Source: Eledone cirrhosa
Lineage: Eukaryota
NCBI GenBank assembly: GCA_964016885.1
Contig: OZ024748.1
Location: 11,780,001-11,844,000 of the forward strand
DNA length: 64,000 nt
Direction: 5' to 3'
Shown here: positions 43,501 through 58,100 of the stretch, in pieces
Position numbering within the stretch: the stretch's first letter is position 1
Layout: every line of letters begins with the position of its first letter
Program-made: the position numbers and the translations under genes
Notes under the pieces: model-generated
The model's input: only the letters and a program-made list of their open reading frames with translations
What the model was told of the DNA's origin: nothing
Databases searched by the model: none

Positions 43501-46500
43501 CTACACATGTGTGACATCATGAATAACCTCATAGGAGGCCAGCTAAACCTACACAGGTGTGACATCATGAATAACCTCATAGGAGGCCAGCTAAACCTAC
43601 ACAGGTGTGACATCATGAATAACCTCATAGGAGGCCAGCTAAACCTACACAGGTGTGACATCATGAATAACCTCATAGGAGGCCAGCTAAACCTACACAG
43701 GTGTGACATCATGACAACTAAATCTAGACAGGTGTGACATCATGACAACCTCATAGGAAGTCAGCTAAATCTAGACAGGTGTGACATCATGACAACCCCA
43801 TAGGAGACCAGCTAAATCTAGACAGGTGTGACATCATGACAATCACATAGGAGACCAGCTTAATCTAGACAGGTGTGACATCATGACAATCACATAGGAG
43901 GCCAGCTTAATCTAGACAGGTGTAACATCATGACAATCACATAGGAGGCCAGCTTAATCTAGACAGGTGTAACATCATGATAATCACATAGGAGGCCAGC
44001 TTAATCTAGACAGGTGTGACATCATGACAATCACATAGGAGGCCAGCTTAATCTAGACAGGTGTAACATCATGACAATCACATAGGAGGCCAGCTTAATC
44101 TAGACAGGTGTAACATCATGACAATCACATAGGAGGCCAGCTTAATCTAGACAGGTGTAACATCATGACAATCACATAGGAGGCCAGCTAAACTTATATA
44201 AGTGACAGCAGTGACACCAACCCAACCCAATAGACTGTGAATCCTAACCCCACATTTAATCAGTTATCTCAATTAAAGGAAAGGCAAGAAAATTAAAACC
44301 AAAAATAAAGAAAAACTGACAAAAACAAACCAAAAAGGAGACAAGAGAGAAAATAAAGAACTTACTGAGGACATAGAGGAAAGAGTCTTTGCGAAACATA
44401 ATCAGGTGACCCTGAAGAATTTGGCATATGAGATCCTGCAACTGTAAAACAGAAAACATAAATTACTTGACTATTTTCAACTATAAACACAAGGAGATAA
44501 TTATCAAGTTATTGTCATTGACACTAGTGTATTACTGGTATTTACTGGGTTGACATCACCCAGTAAATACTAACAACAGCTGGCATTATTTAACAAATAT
44601 ACTGTCAATACAATCTCACAACAGTCTAGTCAATAGTATCTCACAACAGTCTAGTCAATAGTATCTCACAACAGTCTAGTCAATAGTATCTCACAACAGT
44701 CTAGTCAATAGTATCTAACAACAGTCTAGTCAATAGTATCTAACAACAGTCAGCTACAGCAAAGCAAAACTAAAAACACTACAATCAACTCAATCTCACA
44801 ATAGTCTAGTCAACACTAACAACACAATCTCACAACAGTACAGTCAGTTATAGTACAGCAACACCACCAACAACACTATATTTAGCTATAGTACAGCCAC
44901 GCCAATAGCATTATAAGTAGCTATCGTACAGCAAACTCTAACAACATTACAGTCAGTTATAGTACAGCTATACTAACTACACACTAATGAAGTGCTAACA
45001 CACCAACCACTAATTTAACACCTGTACACCAATATACTAAATATGACATTATCAACACAGGTAAACACACACACACAGTTAATTTACCTGAACACACCCA
45101 TAACAATCACTATACTAAATATGACATTATCAACACAGGTAAAGACAGCCAATCAACTTACCTGAACACCATCTATACAAGAAACTATCATCTGCAGCAG
45201 TTCTGTATTACCAATAACTATATTTGGGAACTGTAAATATATCAAACAAAAGAGATTAATATATATACCTGCAACAACAACAAGAACATTAACAACATTA
45301 ACACTTTTGATGCCCACCTGGCCAAAACTGACTCTGTATCTATGAAACAAATACTCCCATTTTAAGGGGTTCCAATTTAGATTAAAATCATCCTCTCCTT
45401 CTTCTGGGGTCTTGAGGGCAGAGTCCTCAAACACTCCCTCCAACAGGTCCTGTCAGAAGCAACTGTTTCCAACTGATCCAGCTGAATCCCTAAGCGAAAC
45501 CAGCCAAGCTCGTGGATGTTATCCAACCTCCAACCATCTTGCTCAGGGTCTACCCCAGAGTCTCCTGCCAGTTGGTTTTCATTCCAGCCTTGCAGCACTC
45601 AGCATCAAACACCCTCCTGACTAGGACATGCTCCACAAATTAGATAATGATCGAGATAAATTTTTTTTTTTTAAATGTTAAAAACAACAACTTACATGTG
45701 TATAAATGTCAGGTAACAGGTATGTAAATAACCTTACATCATCTTCTTGGCAGATCTAATGAGAAGAAAAATATATGAGAAAATGGTTGGTGGAATGGAA
45801 ATGTTGACAAAATAAATGATAAATATACCCAGCCCACACTATAAAGTGGTCGTGTAAGTGTCACAAAAAGCACCCAGCCCACACTCTAAGGTGGTCATGT
45901 AGGTGTCACGACAAAAGGCACCCAGTCAACACTGTAAAGTGGTCGTCTAGGAATCACAACAAAAAGCACACAGTCCAGTCCACATTGTAAGGTGGTCGTG
46001 TAGGTGTCACGACAAAAAGCACCCAGTCAACACTGTAAAGTGGTCATGTAGGTGTCACAACAAAAAGCACCCAGCCCACACTATAAGGTGGTCATGTAGG
46101 TGTCACAACAAAAAGCAGCCAGCCCACTGCAAAGTGGTCATCTAGGTGTCACGACAAGAAGCACCCAGTACTCACTGTAAGGTGGTTGTGTAGGTGTCAT
46201 GACAAATGATGAAAACAAAGTAAAAAATAAAATTTTAAAAAGTTGGTGTATTTACCCGTAAATCATTCATTAGGCAGGATTCCAAATCTTTTCCATCCAA
46301 ACTTTTACAGAAATCACGATAACTGGACATTTTATCATCGTTGACTTTACTGCAAGTTAAATATTTAAAAAAAATATTAAACTAAAATATAAACATACTC
46401 CCACTCACATCCTTCACCCACCCACCCAAGGCCTCCTACTGTCATGGCTCCCACTCACGTCCTTCACCCACCCTGGATCTCCTACTCCAGTGATCTGCAT

Positions 46501-49500
46501 GATAAATGCACCCTTTACACCCTGTTAAATAGTTGAGAGGAAAGCCATTCAACCATAGAAAACTTGCAAACAAAGAGTTGGGAGGATCCTTTAGGTACAC
46601 CAGAGACCTAACAACTTTCTTAGTGTTAGGGCCCACAATAAAATGCACTCTAAATAAAATGTACTGAGCAGTCTGTAATGACACAGCCAACCCTTGCTAG
46701 CAGGTGGAGTGCTAAGTCTGTAATGACACAGCCTACCCTTGCTAGCAGGTGGAGTACTGAGTCTGTAATGACACAGCCTACCCTTGCTAGCAGGTGGAGT
46801 GCTAAGTCTGTAATGACACAGCCAACCCTTGCTAGCAGGTGGAGTACTGAGTCTGTAATGACACAGCCAACCCTTGCTAGCAGGTGGAGTACTGAGTCTG
46901 TAATGACACAGCCTACCCTTGCTAGCAGGTGGAGTACTGAGTCTGTAATGACACAGCCTACCCTTGCTAGCAGGTGGAGTACTGAGTCTGTAATGACACA
47001 GCCAACCCTTGCTAGCAGGTGGAGTACTGAGTCTGTAATGACACAGCCAACTCCATCTAGTAGGGAAAACAGATGCTAAACAACCAAAATAATTGTTTCT
47101 ACTTTTGGCACAAGGCCAGCATTACTGGTACTTTATTTTATCGACCCCGTAAGGATGAAAGGCAAAGTTAACCTCGGCGGGATTTGAACTCAGAATGGCA
47201 AGGGCCGTAACTATATGCGTCAAAGCATGGCGTCCGACCCTCTACCGATACTGCCAATAATAATCATGAATCATTAGAGCTGAGAGAACACAACTCAAGC
47301 CAGGATAGAAAAACAAAAAAAAATGGGTGGGAAAAACATCATCCTTCATATTTAAAAGCAAATTGCAGAGACTTACCTAACTTTTAGGAAGTAAAGCATG
47401 TGATAACCTATGTGGGGCTGTTTCTGGTACATCTCATCCATCAGGAACAATAGTGGCTGTCGAATAGGGTCTTCTTCAGCAGTGGAACAGAAGTTTCTGG
47501 AGAGAGAGGAACAAATTACATCAGACATCATAGCAGGAACATCAGACATCATAGCAGGGACATCAGACATCACAGCAGGGAGATCAGACATCACAGCAGG
47601 GAGATCAGACATCACGGCAGGGAGATCAGACATCACGGCAGGGACATCAGACATCACGGCAGGGACATCAGACATCACAGCATGGACATCAGACATCACA
47701 GCATGGACATCAGACATCACAGCATGGACATCAGACATCACAGCATGGACATCAGACATCACAGCATGGACATCAGACATCACAGCATGGACATCAGACA
47801 TCACAGCATGGACATCAGACATCACAGCAGGGAGATCAGACATCACAGCAGGGACATCAGACATCACAGCATGGACATCAGACATCACAGCATGGACATC
47901 AGACATCACAGCATGGACATCAGACATCACAGCAGGGAGATCAGACATCACAGCAGGGACATCAGACATCACAGCATGGACATCAGACATCACAGCATGG
48001 ACATCAGACATCACAGCATGGACATCAGACATCACAGCATGGACATCAGACATCACAGCAGGGAGATCAGACATCACAGCAGAGAGATCAGACATCACAG
48101 CAGGGAGATCAGACATCACAGCAGGGAGATCAGACATCACAGCAGGGAGATCAGACATCACAGCAGGGAGATCAGACATCACAGCAGAGACATCAGACAC
48201 CATAGCAGGGACATCAGACACCATAGCAGGGACATCAGACATCATAGCAGGGACATCAGACATCATAGCAGTGACATCAGAGATCACAGCAGAGACAACA
48301 GTCATTATACAAAGGTACAAATGGTTGTTACATGGTAATATTAAAACTTACCTAAATATCACAAACAGCGGTGTTCCTATAGAATCTTCTATGGATCTGA
48401 AGGAGAAATGGATGGATGTAGTAGTAATAATAATAATAATTGTTTCTACATTTGGCACAAGGCCAGCAAATTAGGGGAGGGAAAAGTCGAGTGAATTACT
48501 GGTACTTTATTAATGTATTTAATAATAATAATATTATTATTGCTACTTACTCTTCATCTACTTCCTGTGGAAATAAATTATTCATAAATAAGTTTCCAAG
48601 GATCTGACACAGGCAGATAGCTAGTGTGGAGGCCATGTCTTGGTCAAAGTCTTCCTGAAAAATATAATGTAAAATATAAATAAACAAATGAACACACACA
48701 CACACACACACACAGACACTCACACACAGACACTCACACACACACAGACACACATGTGCATGAATCTTGTTGGATGACATGAGTACATTGGCAAAACTCC
48801 AGATTAATAATACCCCAAATTAGCCTTAATAAAGAATATATATATATATTATAAAGTGTTGGGACCCAACGGCTGAGCTCTTTTTATATATATCATCATC
48901 ATCATCATCATCATCGTTTAACGTCCATATTCCACGCTTGCATGGGTTTGGACGGGGGTTTTCCCACTTGAGGCAAGAGTGGTTGTCTTGCTCGCATAGG
49001 ACTGTCTGGCGGGTTTTCTACGGCTGGATGCCCTTCCTAACACCAACCACATTTACAGTGTGGAACTGGGAGGTTTTTACCGTGTTACCTACACGGCCAC
49101 ATTACAGCGTGGACTATGTGTTTTTTTGTCGTGACACCTACACGACCTCATTTGTTTCAGACTGGATGTTGTAGTCATCATATATATATATATATACATA
49201 TATATAAGGAATTTGTAGTTTACTTGAAGAATTGTATGTGGTATAAAGAATTATGGTATAAACTTCAAATTCTTTATATATATATTTATATATATATATA
49301 TATATATATTTATTCTTATAGAGAGTCTATCATTAAACGAGCCCCAAGAAACCTCGTCATGGGCTGTGAGCCATTACAAGGTCCCATACTAGGTTACTAA
49401 AGTACTTACGTCTCGGAGAATATGCTGTACCATTTTGTCTATGATTTCACACTGGACTTCCTGATCACTGTAATAAAAGACAAATAGAGAAGCTATAATA

Positions 49501-52500
49501 CAGAGGGGCTATATATAGAGGGAGGTAGTCACAGAAGCTATAATACAGAGGGGCTATATATAGAGGGAGGTAGACATAGAAGCTATAATATAAGGGGTCT
49601 ATATATAGAGGGAGGTAGACATAGAAGCTATAATACAGAGGGGCTATATATAGAGGGAGGTGAGGTAGTCACAGAAGCTATAATATATGGGGTCTATATA
49701 GGGGGAGGTAGACATAGAAGCTATAATACATGGGGGCTATGGGATAGGCATAGAAGCTGTAATATATAGAGCCTATATAGAAGGGGGAGGGGGTACTGAC
49801 AGACAGAGCTACAATATTTGAGGTGGGGTACACATCCCCTTATATGAGGCTATATAAGGGGATGTGGGTACAGATAGAAACAGACTATAATATATGAAGG
49901 GGGTGGGGTAGAGATAGAGAGAGAGGCTATAATACATGAAGGGGGGTAGAGAGAGAGAGGCTATAATACATGAAGGGGGTGTAGAGATAGAGAGAGAGGC
50001 TCTAATACATGAAGGGGGTATAGAGATAGAGAGAGAGGCTCTAATACGTGAAGGGGGTGTAGAGATAGAGAGAGAAACTATAATACATGAAGGGGTGGGG
50101 TAGAGATAGAGAGGGTATAATACATGAAGAGAGTGGGAGTACAGAGTGAGAGAGAGGGTATAATACATGAAGCTATATGGAGGGAGGACGGAGGAGATAG
50201 AACAAAGATAAAAGCAGTAAGTAAAGAAGCCCCCTACGTTTCGTTCTGTAACTCAATAGTCAACTGCCGTAGTTCACGCTGAAGTAGTTGGATATGTTCT
50301 GTGATGTCAACAGGTTGAAACCTCGGACCATTCCTTAAGGGCTTCGCTTTAGCTTCACCAACCAACTTTCCTAGATTTGAAAACAAACACAAAAAATAAA
50401 ATTAAAATAAGGTGGTGGGTGAGGGTATACAACCAACAACAAAGGTGGTTTCTGATCTAGGCACAAGGCTAACAATTGCGGGGGGGGGTCGATTATATCA
50501 ATCCCAGTGTATATTACTGGTACTTTGTTTTAAGTGAAAGTGAGAGATGAGGAAAAGGAAGACAAGGAAGAAAGTGATAGAGAGTAATAAGAGAGCGTGA
50601 TAGAGTGATAGTGAGGAAGAGAGAAAGAAAAAGTGAAAGAGAGAAAGTGAAAAAGAGGAAAAGGTGAAAGAGAGGAAAAGTAAAGTGAGAGAAATAGTAA
50701 GAAAGAGAGAAATTAGAGAAGGTGGCGGTGTTTAAAAAAAAAAATTCTAAACACAGTAAACGAAATAAGTGTCAAATGTTTGTTTGATTGTTTGATAGTA
50801 AAAATGTCTGACCTAATGGTATGTCATCTTCATCATCACTAAACACTCCATCAGACAAGCTACTCATCTCTACAATATGGTTACCAGATTCACTAACATC
50901 AGCAGTCAGGTCTTTATTCACAGAAGCTTCTTCTTTCACAACTAAAATGAAATAAAAACAATATTAGATAAAATAATAATGGGTTTTTTTTTTTTTTTAT
51001 TTAGACACAATACCAGTAATTTTAGGGCAGGGGAAAGTTGATTAAATCGACCTCAATGTGTTACTGGTACTTTATTTTATCAACCCCCGTAAGGGTGAAA
51101 GGCAAAGCTAACCTCGGCGGGATGTGAAGTTAGAATATAAAGGGACGTAACTCTATGCCACAAGATTCTTGTCCGATGCTCTTCCGATACTGCCAATCCA
51201 CTGCCCCCTAATGGTTTCTGAATTTGTCACAAGGCCAGTAACTTTTGGGGAGAGGAAAATCGATTAAATCAACCCCAGTGCTTTACTGGTACTTTATTTT
51301 ATCAACACAGTACAGATGAAAGGCAAAGCTAACCTCGGTGGGATTTGAACTCAAAACATAGAAAGTTATAACTAAATACTGCAAAACATTTTGTTTGATG
51401 CTCCACCGATTCTGACAACAATAACCGGCTGTATCCAGCCAGAACTCTCTCACCTCTTTCTGTTCAAACCGGCTGTAACCGGCCGCTCATACTAATGTTA
51501 AGGTATTGTTTTCAAAATAAATAATATCAAAATATCATAGATCCGATATTATGTGAGATAAAGCCTTTACCATTAAAATACAATAGTATATAGAGAGTAA
51601 TGTAAATGGTAAAGGGTTAAAGATTGATATATATAAGTAATATAAATTTACTGTCTGGAGAACATTTGATAACAACATAGGTGTATTAAAGATAGACATA
51701 TATAAGTAACATAAACTTACTGTCTGCAGAACAGAATTCAATGAAATTTTCTCTAATTAAAGCTCGAAGTTCTTTATCCAATTTTGGATTATCAAATAAA
51801 GGAGACAAAGACCTGAAAAACAACAAAAGACAAAATAATAAATATTAATACACTATAAAACAATTTGAACCTGCCGGCCTGGTATTCTGGTGCAAACAAT
51901 GTCTGACTATATCTCACCATCCCAGTATTCAAGTACCAACACTATGTGACTATATCTCACCATCCCAGTACCAATATGACTGTATCCCAGTGTTCCAGTA
52001 CCAACAATGTGTGACTATATCCCACCATCCCAGTACCAACATGACTATATTCCACCATCCCAGTACCAACACTGTGTGACTATATCCCACCATCATAATA
52101 CCAACACTGTGTGACTATATCTCAAAAATGGTAAGGCTATAGAGAGCTCAATCCAACCATCATTATATACAACTAAGACAATCAGGCAAACAGACAGAGA
52201 GAGAGACAGACGGACAGAGAGAGAGACAGACGGAGACAAACAGACAGAGAGAGAGACAGACAATTAGAGAAGAGATGTACTTACTGGAGAACACGTTTCT
52301 CAAGAATGGATCGCAAAGATGTGTATATTCCTTGCCGTACTTGTACCGAGAGCGAAGGGCAAAAGTTAGGCATAACCTGTAACACATAAAATAAGTCATA
52401 ACAATATTTCCTGATAGATGCTAGTCTGGAAGGTAGATGTTAAACAATGATGATCATGATGGTATCTAATTTCTCTCTAAAAATGAAAGGCAGACTGTAT

Positions 52501-54226
52501 GATGCCTGTATACGAACAGCAATGCTACATGGCAGTGAGACATGGGCATTACGTGCAGAGGACCTGCGTAGAGTGGAAAAGAACGAAGCATGCATGCTCC
52601 ATTGGATGTGTAATAGTAATATACGTGAACGGCAAAGCATAAATGAACTAAGTGATAAATTAGGAATAAGAGGGATCAGATGCTGTTTACTTGAGAGAAG
52701 ACTACGTTGGTATGGTCACGTGATGCACATGAAAGACGACAGCTGCATAAAAAAGTGCAGGGCGATCAAAATTGATGGTAGTTACGGAGTAGGTAGACCC
52801 AGAAAAACCTGGGATGATCTGATAAATTCCAACCTTACACACTTACATCTCTCTAAGACAATATCTCTGGACTGAGACCTTTGGCGCTACGCAGTAATAC
52901 AGAAGACCCGCCTTGCCTATGTACAAAGCGAAACCTACAGTCAGTAGGCACCTCTTAACCAAATATACACCCCAATCTACTACCCCTACCCTATCCTCCC
53001 ACTCCCACCAACAGCACGAGAAAATGAGATCGAGTTCGTGTAGGTGTCACGACAAAAAAACACACACAGTCCACGCTGTAATGTGGCCATGTAGGTAACA
53101 CGGTAAAAAGTTCCCAGTTCTACACTGTAAATGTGGTTGGTGTTAGGAAAGACATCCAGCCGTAGAAAACCTGCCAGATAGTCCTATATGAGCGAGATAC
53201 TCTATTTTATAGCATTTCAGTACATGAGCACTCCATCCTTTACATCGATAGAGCGCCAGACACCATGCTTTGCAGCATAGAATCATGGCCCTTTACATTC
53301 TGAGTTCAAATCCCAAGGTTAACTTTGCCTTTTATTCTTATGGGGGTCAATAAAATAAAACACCAGTAATGCACTGAGGTCAATTTAATCAACTTTCTCC
53401 TTCCGTAAAGTTGTTGGTCTTGTGCCTAAATCAGAAACCATTATTATAAAAGGGTCATGTAGGTGCCACAACAAAAAATACCCAGCCCACATAGTAAAGT
53501 GGTAGTGTAGGTGCCACAACAAAAAGCACCCAGCCCACACTGTAAAGTAATAGTGTAGGTGCCACAACAAAAAGCACCAGCCCACACTGTAAAGTAGTAG
53601 TGTAGGTGCCACAACAAAAAGCACCCAGCCCACACTGTAAAGTAGTAGTGTAGGTGCCACAACAAAAAGCACCAGCCCACACTGTAAAGTAGTAGTGTAG
53701 GTGCCACAACAAAAAGCACCCAGCCCACACAGTAAATGTGGTTGATATTAGGAAGGGCATCCAGCCATAGAGACCAACCCAGAAATAGTTTTGTATGAGC
53801 AAGACACAGTCTCCTGACCCAACTTGCCTCAAATGGGATAACCTGTATAACCCATGCTAATGTGGAAAATAGACATTAAATTATGATGATGATAAAAGAC
53901 AAGAATGTGGAAAAAAGAAAGAAAGCATAATTACCCGACACATAAAATCTAAAAGGGTAGCTGTGATGACAGGGTGGGGCCGCATGGAATGGTACATGAC
54001 AAGAATGGCTGGCTCTGAAATAGTAGAATAGTAAGTAGAAATATAAACACAAGATATACATATATATACATACATACATATACACATACAGATACATACA
54101 CCTATATATATATACATACATACACACATAGATACATACACCTATATATATATATATACATACACACATAGATACATACACCTATATATATATATATATA
54201 TACATACATACACACACACACACACA

Positions 54227-54258
<32 letters not shown>

Positions 54259-55096
54259 GACATACAGATAGAGAGATAGACAGATAGCTAGATAGATAGT
54301 TAGACAGATGGACAGATAGATGGACAGACAGACAGACATAAATGTAGAGACATAGATAGATGAAGAGATACAGATTGATGGATATATAGAAAGAGAGAAA
54401 GAGATTATAGAGAGAGATAGAGATAGACAGACACATATATAAATGGACATATAGAGAGATGGACATATAGATATACATTGAGATGTATTTTGATTGGAGA
54501 CATAAGTATAGTTTCAGAAATCGAATGTGGTGACTTTTGAACAGGTAATGTGTGTGTGTGTGTCTGTGTGTATTGTTGTTGTTGTAACTGGCGTTGTTAC
54601 AGCTCACACCTCGCATAAATTTAGCCAGCTTCCTATGTTAGTGGGGCAACATCATAGCTGAAATATAGGTCTAAAAATAATAGTCTGAAGTCTGTCTTGA
54701 GCTCAGAGGCTCATCATACTGGTACTTGTCCTTGACAGTCACCAGACAAGTCCACCAGCCCATCGCAAATTAAATCCCTAGCCATTGCTGGAACTCATCT
54801 TAAGCTGGGTATACAATATGAAGTGAAGTGTTTTGCTCAAGAATACGGCACAACAACCCAGTCCAGGAATCGAACCCACGACATTATGATTGCACCGTCC
54901 AACATTCTTACTACTGAGCCACACGCCTCCACTGAAATATAGGTGGTGTCTGGAATATGAGGAGAAAATATCCTAGTTGAGATTTCAATAGGAAATTTTA
55001 GTGAAGATGAATAATGGGTGGGTGGGGCAGTAAAATATTTCTAAAAATGGCACTGGATCTCAAAGAGTTAAAAATAGTTGCAATTATATATATATA

Positions 55097-55134
<38 letters not shown>

Positions 55135-58100
55135 GACCAAAGACAGACACGAGGATATTTAAAAAAAAAAAAAATGGTGAAGTGTGGGTGGGGCTGAAGC
55201 GACCAAATGAGACAGAGACAGAGAGAGAGAAAGGATTTACTATGGTTATGATATAGTATGGTCCAATAACTCCTGATGGAGCTGTAGGAGGCACTTTAGT
55301 GACATACAGCGGTTTTTAGTCATAGCGATCATCTCCTTGCCAGGCCTAAGTACAGCAGATTTCTTCCAAAGAAAGACAGAAAATGAGAGAGGAAGTGAGA
55401 AAAAGATACAGAGGGAGAACAATCAACCCTAGTACTTGACTGGTACTTTTTTTTTTATCGACCTCGAACGGATGAAAGCCAAAGATGACCTCGGCACGAT
55501 TTGAACGCAGAGAGCCAGAACAAATATCACAAAGCACTCTATCAGATGTTCTAATGACTGCCAATTCACCACCCCAGATTTACTATATATTCTAATAAAT
55601 TTAGGACATATACTATAGTATGATAAATTCAGGACATATACTATTCTTTTCTAGTCGATCGACTTTCGTCAAATCGGACCGAGGAAACTATGTTTCCGTT
55701 GGTCTTTCCAATTGCTAATACTATCTATCGGTCGCAACTCCAGGTAGAAGGAGCAACGTGAAATAAAGTGTCTTGCTCAAGGACATAACGCATCGCCTGG
55801 TTCAGGAATCGAACTCACAACCTCACGATTGTGAATCCAATACTCTAACCACTCAGCCACACGCCTTCACTACATATACTATAATATGATAAATTCAGGA
55901 CATATACTATATTTTAATAAATTCAGAACATTTATTATATTTTAATAAATTCAGAACATTTATTATATTTTAATAAATTTAGGATATTAACTATATTTTA
56001 ATAAATTCAAGACAATTATTATATTTTAACCTTCTGGGTGCTCTAGGCGCTTTGTGTCACTGATAGAATAATCTCTCCTCAATACATAATGCAATGTTAA
56101 GGGAAGCAATTCATAAAAATTTCTAGCATGCTAAAGGTTAATAAATTTAGGACATACTATATTTTAATAAATTTATGACATTTACTATATTTTAATAAAT
56201 TATTTAGGACATTCCTGTTTGTTAGGACGACGACAACAAAGAAATCTAAGGAACATAAGCTAATAAAATAACTTACCAATATTCATAATGCTATCTTTGT
56301 CGGGGTCAAACAACAGCCAGTCATAAAACAAACTCAGTTTCACATTTGAAGCCGCTACATTCGACTATACAGAACAGAAGGCCAACATATTAAACCAAGA
56401 AAAATATACAATAGGAAAAAAAAATTGTTTAATATTAAAAAGAAATTCACTATTATTTAAATATTTTTCTTTTGTTGTGTTTTTTTTTAATGCTTTTTTG
56501 TTCTATTCATTTTTTACAGCAAAAACACAAAATGTGTGTCTTTCTCCAAAATGGATGACTGAATACTCCCATATTTTTTTCACGTTCCTTCATCTTCACA
56601 CTATCTTTCTATTTCATTTCTCATTCTATCTTCTGATGAAGGACTAGGGTCCAAAATGTTAAGACTCTTTTTTTACTATTACTATATCAAGTGTTAAACT
56701 AATATATTTCTTCATTGTACTGTGTTGTTACACTGTTTACTTTTTGCATACATATATATATATATCCAGTATAGAATAGGTACATTGTATCCCTGCATGT
56801 CATAAAAACTGACTAAAAGGGTTAGTGTCAAAAAGAGCATCCAGCTATAATACATTGCTTGAAAAGGACCCATCCAACCCATGCCAGTATGGAAAAGTTG
56901 ATGTCAAAACGCTGATGATGATATATACATGTGTGTGTCTGTGTATGTGAGTGAGCTTCATGCCTTTATGATTGCTCAACCTGCTACAAATAGCAGCCAA
57001 ATATCTCCCTTAAATCACCCACTACCATTTTTTAAAAAAAAGTAAAAGAACATATATAAAATAATATAATCCCAGATGGCACTAAATAGATACCAAAATG
57101 TCTGATCACAGGTTTGTTTGGTCAGAGTTGACCTAGGGCTAAACTACAAATTAAAACTGGTAATGGGTGTCAGCTGGAGCCCTTATTTATTGGGAACATC
57201 AACCCAGGGAGTAAAGCAAGGAACTGAATATATAGCCAAGAAAAATCTAAGAAATGTGTTCATTCGACACACAGTTATCCATATACACATTTTCACACGC
57301 TCACTCACACACACGTATATATATATATATCTATATATATATATATGCACGCATGTGTCTGTGTGTATATCATGACTCATACAATGTTCACTTTCCTGAC
57401 ATTTGTACATTGCTCTATATACATTTGTACATTGCTCATCTTTGATGAGTTGTAGTGCACCTGAGCACTGTACGCAATAATTTTCATTATTATTTTTTTA
57501 ATATTATTATTATATTACATATCATATAACATTCTTTTATGTATTAATTTCTAACATTAAGAATTATATAACAAAGTAAACTAATTAACTAATCAGATGA
57601 TAAATCTAAAAATCCCACTTACTGTGCATGTCGTTAGTAACCAACCAATCACAGCCCAGCGAGGTATAATCTCTGAACAAAGAAGTTCATTGGTTGGATG
57701 AATTACAGCACAGATATATCGTATCAAATCACAGCGCAAAGACTGACTTTCAGGTGTGGAGAGATACTGTAAAGAAGCAAAAGATTTAAATCAATAAAGT
57801 GTGTAAAATGAGAAAAACAATACAATTGTCCTTTCAATATGGATACAGGTTTTAGAGGAAGAGGGGAACCCCTTCAGTCACGAATGACCCCTAGAAAGTT
57901 CCCCACCTAGGCACAAGTCTGGACAAGGTGTTTTTGTGGAAGACCAGCTATCGCCAATGTATACCAGTCTCTTTCCTCTCCATGCCACCGATGTTGTCCA
58001 AGGGAAAGGCAATGTCAGATACAGCTTGGCACCAGTGATGTCGCAACTCATTTCTACAGCTGAGTAAACTGGAGCAACATGAAATTCTCAAGGACAAAAC

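Noticed and set aside
47373-48474. Long ORFs through the 21-bp repeat, one in frame with an INTS3 exon; the intron is 855 nt (a multiple of 3)
   Set aside because: Retention reads AGG TAA at the donor, an immediate stop; the open frames follow from a stop-free 21-mer unit.
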